From a virus (lineage: Duplodnaviria; Caudoviricetes): a stretch of DNA of 40,198 nucleotides. The translations under genes and the position numbers were made by a program. Position 1 is the stretch's first letter. Each line of letters opens with the position of its first letter. The stretch covers positions 1-40,198 of IMG/VR virus record IMGVR_UViG_3300033067_002387; one strand, given 5' to 3'. Below, in pieces: positions 8,746 to 15,186 of this stretch. Below the pieces are notes generated by a model. The model did no database searches. It saw nothing but the letters and a program-made list of their open reading frames with translations, and was not told the DNA's origin.

Positions 8746-9602
8746 ACGCCGCCCGCCGCATCCGCCCCGCCGGTCTCGAATTTCGCGCGGATGGCGCCGC
8801 CCTCATCAAGCCGCCGGCTTTGATTAAGGGCGCGCGCGAGCACCGCTTCCAGCCGGGCCTGCAAGACTTCAAGCTCAATCCGGAAACGCGCGAGTTCGAA
8901 GGCTATGGCTGCGTCTATGGCGTGAAGGATTCCTACAAGTGCGTTTGGGAGCCCGGCGTCTTCGCGGCGACGCTGGCCGATTGGCGCTCGAAGCAGGATC
9001 TGCCGAGCTTCTACCTCCAGCACGATTGGGACAACCTCATCGGCCAGTGGCTCGATATGCGCGAGGACAACAAGGGCCTCTGGGTCAAAGGGCGCTTCAT
9101 CAATTCGGTGTTCGGCGACCACGCCAAGGCGCTTGTCGCCGAGGATATCGCCAAGGGTCTGAGCATCGGCTTCGTCGCCATCGACGAGCGCATCGAGAAT
9201 GAAAACGATTGGGAGACTTACACCCGCTATATCACCAAGGCCGACCTCTACGAGATCAGCCTGGTCGAGCGCGCGGCCGTTCCCGGCTCGGCTATCGATG
9301 AAACCAGCCTGCGCTCGGCTATCCGCCCCGACATGAGCCGGCGTGAAGTAGAAAAATTCCTGATCGGCGCCGGCATGGCGCGGGATGCGGCCAAGACGCT
9401 CGCCGGTCAGTGGAAGCCGAAGGATGCTCAGGCGCGGGATGCGGCGAGCCCTGAAGGCGACGAGGCGCGGGATGCGCCCGCGAAGGTCAATGCGGAAGCG
9501 GCGCGTGCGCTGCTCAATACCGTTAAGGCCGCACAAAGCCGATCCGTTAACCGAGAATTGATGAGCGCGTTGGATAACGCGATTTCGTCGCTCAAGCGCT
9601 GA
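8742..9602 (+). CDS. HK97-family prohead protease
   Basis: FEGYGCVY, LQHDW (His), KGLSIGF (Ser), LYEISLV; ATGA coupling with the upstream gene. Confidence 0.92.
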   Translation: MNAARRIRPAGLEFRADGAALIKPPALIKGAREHRFQPGLQDFKLNPETREFEGYGCVYGVKDSYKCVWEPGVFAATLADWRSKQDLPSFYLQHDWDNLIGQWLDMREDNKGLWVKGRFINSVFGDHAKALVAEDIAKGLSIGFVAIDERIENENDWETYTRYITKADLYEISLVERAAVPGSAIDETSLRSAIRPDMSRREVEKFLIGAGMARDAAKTLAGQWKPKDAQARDAASPEGDEARDAPAKVNAEAARALLNTVKAAQSRSVNRELMSALDNAISSLKR

Positions 9603-9617
9603 GAAGGAAACCCGCAC

Positions 9618-10955
9618 ATGAACGCCCGCCGCACCGCTCTTCTGGCCGCCCTGGCCGCCCCCCTGATCGCGCCGCGCGCTCGCGGCAACGCTGCCAAGCC
9701 GGCCGGCCTTGAGTGCCGCGATGGCGAGGACAGCGGCCCGAGCATCGTCGAGGTCAAGCAGAAGGTCGATGAGCTGCTGAAGCTCGTCTCCGATGAGCGC
9801 GCGGCCAATGAAACGCGCATTGCGGCCCTCGAAAAGCGTGGCGCGGCGGACCCGCTCATCACCGAGGAAATGAAAAAGATCGACGCGGCGATCAAGGAAG
9901 TCCGCACTCAGATGGACGCGATGGAAGTGCGTGTGAAGCGCGCCGGCGCGGCCAAGGAAGGTGCCGACGAATTGCCGGGCGCGGACCCGGAATATCGCGC
10001 CGAGTTCCATCGCTACCTTCGCCGGGGCGATATCGGTCAGAAGATCGAGAAGCGCGCCATGTCGGTCGGCGACAACACCGAAGGCGGCTATCTGACCAAC
10101 GTCGAGCTGGATCGCGAGATCGCCAAGCTCAGCCGCAACATCTCGCCGGCGCGCCAAATCTTCGCGGTCCGCACCATCGGCGGCACCGCCTTCAAGAAGC
10201 CCATCAGCAAGTCCAACAGCACTTCCGGCTGGGTGGGCGAGCTGGAAGGCCGCCCCTCGACGACCACCGCGGACCTCGCCGAGATTTCCATCCCGCTGCA
10301 TGAAATCTATGCGATGCCGGGCGCCTCTCAGTCGATCCTCGACGACGCCTATGTGAACCTCGAAGAGTTCATCGCCCAAGAAGCGGTGGAAGCTTTCGAC
10401 GATGCCGAGTCGACCGCCTTCTTCACGGGCTCGGGCACCAACAAGCCGTTCGGCTTGCTCTCGCTCACCACGACCGTGGAAACGGCGACCGGCGCTGCGC
10501 GCGCCGCGCAAGGCCGCTTGGGCGTCCTGCAAACCGGCTCGGCCACTGGCTTCGGCACCGGCTTCGATATCTTCATTCAGCTCGTCAGCCGCTTGCGCGC
10601 GAAGTATCGCCAGAATGCGCGCTGGCTCTATTCGGCTCTCACCGAGGGCTCGATCCGCACGGTGAAGGACTCGACCGGCCAATATCTGTGGCAACCGTCC
10701 AACCAGCTCGGCGTCGCCGCGACGTTCCTCGGCTACCCGACCACGGTTTGCGACCACATGCCGGACATCGCCGACAACGCGCTGCCGGTCGCCTTCGGCG
10801 ATTTCCAGCGCGCCTACCAAATCGTCGACCGCGTCGGCGTTCGCACGCTTCGCGACCCCTTCTCAGCGAAGCCCTACGTGCTGTTCTACATGACCAAGCG
10901 CGTTGGCGGCGGCCACCTTGTGACCGAAGCCTTCAAGGCGATCCAGACGCACTAA
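9618..10955 (+). CDS. HK97-fold major capsid protein
   Basis: Coiled-coil delta domain, EGGYL, GWVGE, YLWQPS, FGDF, LRDPFSAKPYVLFYMTKRVGGG (RcGTA-like C-terminus); AAGGA SD. Confidence 0.96.
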   Translation: MNARRTALLAALAAPLIAPRARGNAAKPAGLECRDGEDSGPSIVEVKQKVDELLKLVSDERAANETRIAALEKRGAADPLITEEMKKIDAAIKEVRTQMDAMEVRVKRAGAAKEGADELPGADPEYRAEFHRYLRRGDIGQKIEKRAMSVGDNTEGGYLTNVELDREIAKLSRNISPARQIFAVRTIGGTAFKKPISKSNSTSGWVGELEGRPSTTTADLAEISIPLHEIYAMPGASQSILDDAYVNLEEFIAQEAVEAFDDAESTAFFTGSGTNKPFGLLSLTTTVETATGAARAAQGRLGVLQTGSATGFGTGFDIFIQLVSRLRAKYRQNARWLYSALTEGSIRTVKDSTGQYLWQPSNQLGVAATFLGYPTTVCDHMPDIADNALPVAFGDFQRAYQIVDRVGVRTLRDPFSAKPYVLFYMTKRVGGGHLVTEAFKAIQTH

Positions 10956-10966
10956 GCGAGCACCAT

Positions 10967-11035
10967 CTGAGCAAAGGCCCGGCGCGGAAACGCGACCGGG
11001 CCTGAGCCAGTAGAAGCCACCACTTCTAGCTCAGG
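10967..11035 (+). other. Structured intergenic RNA element (two hairpins)
   Basis: AGGCCCGG-CGCG-GAAA-CGCG-A-CCGGGCCT and CCTGAGC..TAGAAG-CCACCA-CTTCTA-GCTCAGG; no U-tract. Confidence 0.55.
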
Positions 11036-11059
11036 CAAAGCGCAAGGAAGGCCCCGCCC

Positions 11060-11515
11060 ATGTTCGCCGATGAAATCAATGAAAAGAAGTTCGTCCAGCT
11101 TTTCGGCCCGGTCGCCGCGACCGCCGATCAAAACGGGACGGTCGATTTGAACGGCTACAATGCCGCGAGCATCGTCTTCAATTTGGGCGCCGAGGGCATC
11201 ACGCTCAGCGGCACCGATAAGATTGCGGCGACCATCCAGCACAGCGACGACAATTCGACTTGGGTGGCGGTCGGCGCGTCCGACATCATCATCCCGAAAG
11301 GCATTGTCGCCACCGGCCTCGCGGCGCCCGACACCAATGGCGTCGTCTTCACGGCCGATGCGAACGCGAAAATTCCGGCCGTCTTCGGCGTCGGCTATCG
11401 CGGCGCCAAGCGCTATCTGAAAGCCATCGCCGACTATTCTGGCACGCATGGCACGGCCACGCCGGTCTCGGCGCTGGCGATCCTGGAAGAGCCGAATTTC
11501 GATCCCGCGAGCTAA
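11060..11515 (+). CDS. Putative capsid decoration/accessory protein
   Basis: Beta-rich protein directly after the MCP; VDLNGY, IQHSDD, VGYRGAKRYL motifs typical of genes at this position. Confidence 0.65.
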   Translation: MFADEINEKKFVQLFGPVAATADQNGTVDLNGYNAASIVFNLGAEGITLSGTDKIAATIQHSDDNSTWVAVGASDIIIPKGIVATGLAAPDTNGVVFTADANAKIPAVFGVGYRGAKRYLKAIADYSGTHGTATPVSALAILEEPNFDPAS

Positions 11516-11537
11516 TAGGCTCGCAAGAGCACCACGG

Positions 11538-11576
11538 AGGGGGCGGGCGGCAGCGATGCCCCCGCCCTTTCTGTTT
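11538..11576 (+). terminator. Intrinsic terminator after the head genes
   Basis: GGGCGGG-C-GGCA-GCGA-TGCC-CCCGCCC followed by TTTCTGTTT. Confidence 0.7.
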
Positions 11577-11590
11577 CAAGGAGAGCTACC

Positions 11591-12226
11591 ATGCTCACGA
11601 GCAATCTGGCCGGCCGGATGGATCAGCGGCGCACGCACAGCGCGCGCCCGAGCTTCAAGCAAATCACCGCCCCGAACACCGAGCCGCTCTCGCTCGCCGA
11701 GGCCAAGGCGCACCTGAAAGTCCAGCACAGCGGCGAGGACTCGCTCATCACTTCCATCATCGCGGCCGCGCGCACCTATGTCGAAAGCGGCTGGGGCCTG
11801 GCTCTCATCTCTCAGAGCTGGCGCGCGACCGCCGATTGGTGGCCCGCCGATGGCTTGCCGCTTCGCCCCTATCCGGTCGGCGCCATCACCGCGGTGCGCG
11901 TCTGGGACGGCTCATCGATGGCGACGCAATCGCTGAGCGGCTTTTTGCTCATCGAGGGGCGCCAAGCCTACGCGGCCGTGCAAGATGGGGCCTCGACGCC
12001 AATCCCCTCGCGCTCGCGCAGCGGCATCGAGGTCGATTTCACGACCGGCTGGGAGGATGCGGCGCATGTGCCGGAAGATATCAAGCAAGCGCTGCGGCTG
12101 CTCATCGCGCACTGGTATCGCAATCGCTCGGCCTCGCTGACCGCCCTCGGGCGCGGCGTCTCTTCCGATATCATCAAGGGCGTTTCCGATTTGATGGCGG
12201 CCTATCGCTCGCCGAGGCTCGCCTGA
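11591..12226 (+). CDS. Head-tail connector/adaptor (phiE125 gp8-like)
   Basis: EPLSLAEAKAHL, VPEDIKQALRLLIAHWYRNR. Confidence 0.9.
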   Translation: MLTSNLAGRMDQRRTHSARPSFKQITAPNTEPLSLAEAKAHLKVQHSGEDSLITSIIAAARTYVESGWGLALISQSWRATADWWPADGLPLRPYPVGAITAVRVWDGSSMATQSLSGFLLIEGRQAYAAVQDGASTPIPSRSRSGIEVDFTTGWEDAAHVPEDIKQALRLLIAHWYRNRSASLTALGRGVSSDIIKGVSDLMAAYRSPRLA

Positions 12227-12594
12227 TGGACGCCGGCGATTACGATACCTTGCTGGAATTGCTCGACATCACCTATGCCGATGACGGCGAGGATGGCCGC
12301 ACGACCACCTATGTGGCGAACGCGGCCGCGCCGGAGATCTGGGGAAGCGTCGCGCCGGCGAGCTGGAAGCAGCTTCGCCGCGCCGAGATGCAACAGGCTC
12401 AAATCACGCACGCCGTTTGCATCCGCTGGCGCCCGGACCTCGCCGCGCTCTGGCTTGGCAAGACGCCCAACCATATTCTTCGCTTCATCGACCGCGCCGG
12501 ATCGACGCGCTCGCTTTCCATCAAGTACGCGATCGATCCCATGAACGACGGCTGGGAGCTTGAGCTTGGCTGTGTCGAGGGGGGCGCGCTGTGA
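12226..12594 (+). CDS. Head closure (SPP1 gp16-like stopper)
   Basis: TGATG coupling; DGEDG, IWGSV, THAVCIRWRPDL; synteny. Confidence 0.8.
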   Translation: MDAGDYDTLLELLDITYADDGEDGRTTTYVANAAAPEIWGSVAPASWKQLRRAEMQQAQITHAVCIRWRPDLAALWLGKTPNHILRFIDRAGSTRSLSIKYAIDPMNDGWELELGCVEGGAL

Positions 12595-13046
12595 TCCGCA
12601 TCGAGATCGACGGTTCGGAGTCGCTCATCCGCGCGCTGCAGGCCAAGCCCGAGCAATCGCGCCGCGCGCTGGTGCGCGCGCTTTTCATGGTCGGGCAAAT
12701 CGTCCGCAACAAAGCGGTCAACGGCATCCGTAAGGGGCCAAAGACCGGCCGCCTCTATAAGCGCGGCGGCGTCAAGCATCGCGCTTCCGCGCCCGGCGAA
12801 TATCCGGCCGCCAATCTCGGCGCGCTGATGCGGAGCGTCGATACCGAAGTCAACGAGCTGAGCTTGCACGTCGATGTCGGCACGGCGCTCAAATATGGCG
12901 AGTATCTGGAAACCAAAGACCCGGCCAGGGGCGGCCGTCCTTGGCTCTCGCGCGCCTTCAGCGAAACGCGCGAGGAAGTCGCCGCCGCGCTTATCGCCGC
13001 CATTCAAGCCGTCTTCGGCGCTGACCGCAAAGTCACGAGGCTCTAA
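12591..13046 (+). CDS. HK97 gp10-like neck/tail component
   Basis: HRASAPGEYPA, YGEYLE, RPWLSRA. Confidence 0.85.
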   Translation: MIRIEIDGSESLIRALQAKPEQSRRALVRALFMVGQIVRNKAVNGIRKGPKTGRLYKRGGVKHRASAPGEYPAANLGALMRSVDTEVNELSLHVDVGTALKYGEYLETKDPARGGRPWLSRAFSETREEVAAALIAAIQAVFGADRKVTRL

Positions 13047-13048
13047 GC

Positions 13049-13480
13049 ATGGCCACCAATGCCGCCAGCGTGGTTCGCCGCGCCATCATCGACAGGCTCA
13101 AGGCCGACGCCGGGGTTCGCGCGACCGCGCTCGGTGCTTCGCCGCGCATCTTCGGCTCGGCCGGCGCGCCGCCTGGAACGGCCTTCCCTTTCGTGGTGGT
13201 GCGCCTGGAAAATGCACCCAATGACACCAAGAGCGACCGGGGCGCGGCCCTCGATATCCGCTTCTACCTTGAGGGCGATTATGAGGGCGACAAGGAAGCG
13301 CGTGCCATTTTCGAGGCTTTCCGGCAAAGCCTTCGCACCGGCCTCGCGCCCGCTCAGCTATCCGGACACGAATTGTCAATCCTAGAGTGGCAATTCGAGA
13401 GCGTGACGCCCGACCCCGACGAGGGGGCCAAGCGATACGCGGGCATGCAACGCTGGCGAGCTTTGACTTCGGAGATTTGA
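13049..13480 (+). CDS. Tail completion/terminator (DUF3168, gp17-like)
   Basis: RLKADAGV...FPFVV, position before the tail tube gene. Confidence 0.8.
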   Translation: MATNAASVVRRAIIDRLKADAGVRATALGASPRIFGSAGAPPGTAFPFVVVRLENAPNDTKSDRGAALDIRFYLEGDYEGDKEARAIFEAFRQSLRTGLAPAQLSGHELSILEWQFESVTPDPDEGAKRYAGMQRWRALTSEI

Positions 13481-13481
13481 C

Positions 13482-13892
13482 ATGGGCGCCCAATACGGCC
13501 GCGACGTTCTGATTAAGATGGATGTGGACGGCACGTTCACGACGCTCGCCGGCGCGAAAAGCGCTCAGCTCAAGCTCAGCGATGCGAACGCCAACGTCTC
13601 TTCGGCCGACTCGCCGGGCGCTTGGCAAGAGCTTCTGATGGGCGCCGGGATGATGGCCCTGATGGTTTCCGGCTCGGGCGTCATCAAGTCCTCGGCGGTC
13701 GAAAAGCGGCTCCTGAGCAACAAGCTCAATCGCGTCGCGCCTGATTTTCAGATGATCGTGCCGGGCGTCGGCACCTTCCAGGGCGCCTTCGCCATCGGCG
13801 ACCTCCAATATGACGGCAATTTCGACGGTGAGGCGACCTATAGCTTCAGCTTCGACAGCGCCGAGGAGCTGGCCTTCACGCCGGCCGCGTAA
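13482..13892 (+). CDS. Major tail (tube) protein, TP901-1/GTA type
   Basis: MGAQYGRDVLIK, SADSPGAWQELL, VSGSG, GEATYSFSFDSA. Confidence 0.92.
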   Translation: MGAQYGRDVLIKMDVDGTFTTLAGAKSAQLKLSDANANVSSADSPGAWQELLMGAGMMALMVSGSGVIKSSAVEKRLLSNKLNRVAPDFQMIVPGVGTFQGAFAIGDLQYDGNFDGEATYSFSFDSAEELAFTPAA

Positions 13893-13920
13893 ACTCGCCA
13901 GTAACCGAAGACAGTTCAGC

Positions 13921-13959
13921 AAGGGGGCGCACCCGCAAAGGTGCGTCCCTTTCGTTTTT
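13921..13959 (+). terminator. Intrinsic terminator after the tail tube gene
   Basis: AAGGGGGCGCACC-CGCAAA-GGTGCGTCCCTT then TCGTTTTT. Confidence 0.75.
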
Positions 13960-13972
13960 GGAGCTGGCCCCC

Positions 13973-14413
13973 ATGAAGTCTTTCCGCAATCTCATCGCCT
14001 CGGCGCTTCTCGCGCTCGCGGCCTTCGGCGCCCTCGCCGCCCCCGCTTTCGCGGTCGAAACGTCCATCACGGTCCGCGATGTCACCGGCGCCGGCTATTC
14101 GACGGCGGCTTCCGCCGCCAATGCCGGCGGCTCAAGCTTCCAGGCTTCGAGCGATCAGCGGACCTTCTTGCGCGTCACTAACGCCAACGGCTCGCCCATC
14201 ACGCTCACCATTGTGCACCAGCAAGCCAGCTTCAATGCGCCGGGCGTCGGCACAGCATCAGTGCCAGATATCACGGTGACCGTTCCAGCGACCACCGGCG
14301 ACCTTCTCGTAGGGCCGATTTATCCGGCCTATATCGACGCCTCGGGCCTCGCTCATATCACCTTCAGCGCCGTCACTTCTGTGTCCGTGGCGGCCTTTAG
14401 GCTCACTCGCTAA
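13973..14413 (+). CDS. Beta-rich virion-type protein with Sec signal peptide
   Basis: GGAG SD; MKSFRNLIASALLALAAFGALAAPAFA|VET signal; mature part TFLRVTN..GSPITLTI..ITVTVPA..LVGP..ITFSAVTSVSVAAFRL. Confidence 0.75.
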   Translation: MKSFRNLIASALLALAAFGALAAPAFAVETSITVRDVTGAGYSTAASAANAGGSSFQASSDQRTFLRVTNANGSPITLTIVHQQASFNAPGVGTASVPDITVTVPATTGDLLVGPIYPAYIDASGLAHITFSAVTSVSVAAFRLTR

Positions 14414-14826
14414 TGGCGGCGAAGAAGGCAGCGCGCGACGGGGCGAAAGCCCCGCGCGCAACCACCGCGGCGCCGGCGGTGCGCGAGCCAGTCAATCGCT
14501 TTCGCGGCCAATCGGCCGAGGCGGCCATCAAGCTCGGCGACAAAAAGTATCCGCTGGTTCTGACGCTCAATGCGATCGTCGAAATCGAGGACGGCTTGGG
14601 GATGCAGCTTGCCGAGATGGGCCAAGCGCTGAGCAAGCCAACCATGCGCCAGATCCGCACGCTCATCGGCGCGCTTGTGCGCGGCGGTGGCGCGGACCTC
14701 ACCGATGAGGAAGTCGGCCGCGAGCCCTTCGATCCCAATTCGGCCGGCTCAGCCATCGTCGCCGCTTTTGTCGCCGCCGGCTTGCTTCAGCCTGAAGGCG
14801 AGGCAACGCCCGGCCCCCAGGTGTAG
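14413..14826 (+). CDS. Tail assembly chaperone (GTA-gp10-like)
   Basis: NRFRG...LVLTLNAIVEIE...LVRGGG; position before the tape measure gene. Confidence 0.85.
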   Translation: MAAKKAARDGAKAPRATTAAPAVREPVNRFRGQSAEAAIKLGDKKYPLVLTLNAIVEIEDGLGMQLAEMGQALSKPTMRQIRTLIGALVRGGGADLTDEEVGREPFDPNSAGSAIVAAFVAAGLLQPEGEATPGPQV

Positions 14827-15116
14827 CCGCCGACGCCGATCCAGCGACTCCTTGGGAGAGCTGGATCGAGCTTGGCCTCGGCGCGATGCGAATGAGGCCG
14901 GAAGATTTTTGGTCGCTGAGCTTGCGCGAGTGGTTGTTGGCCGCTGACGGCTACGCGAAGTCCAAGGGCGCCGGCGGTCCATCGAAATATATGACGCGCG
15001 CCGAGCTGGCGAAGCTCGAAGCCGACTATCCCGATGAGCCTGTGGCCGTCGCGAAAGCGCGCGTCGCGGCCGAGAAGCGCGCGCGAGCAGCAAAGGCCCC
15101 CGCGCCCGCTCTCTGA
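14814..15116 (+). CDS. Second tail assembly chaperone domain (rcc01693-like), probably reached by -1 frameshift
   Basis: The -1 frame reads PWESWIELGLGAMRMRPEDFWSLSLREW; first ATG is at 14886, inside the conserved-looking block. The start coordinate is approximate. Confidence 0.7.
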   Translation, partial: PPGVAADADPATPWESWIELGLGAMRMRPEDFWSLSLREWLLAADGYAKSKGAGGPSKYMTRAELAKLEADYPDEPVAVAKARVAAEKRARAAKAPAPAL

Positions 15117-15186
15117 GCAGCTAATCATATAGCCGCTAATCGAGCCCCTTTCCGCCGCCGGCGCTGGCGACGCCACACTTGCGGCC

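Noticed and set aside
8658-10820. 720-aa minus-strand ORF, and similar long ORFs at 2590-3615, 24585-25841 and 32760-33734
   Set aside because: Antisense shadows of well-supported genes, expected in high-GC DNA; no recognisable motifs.
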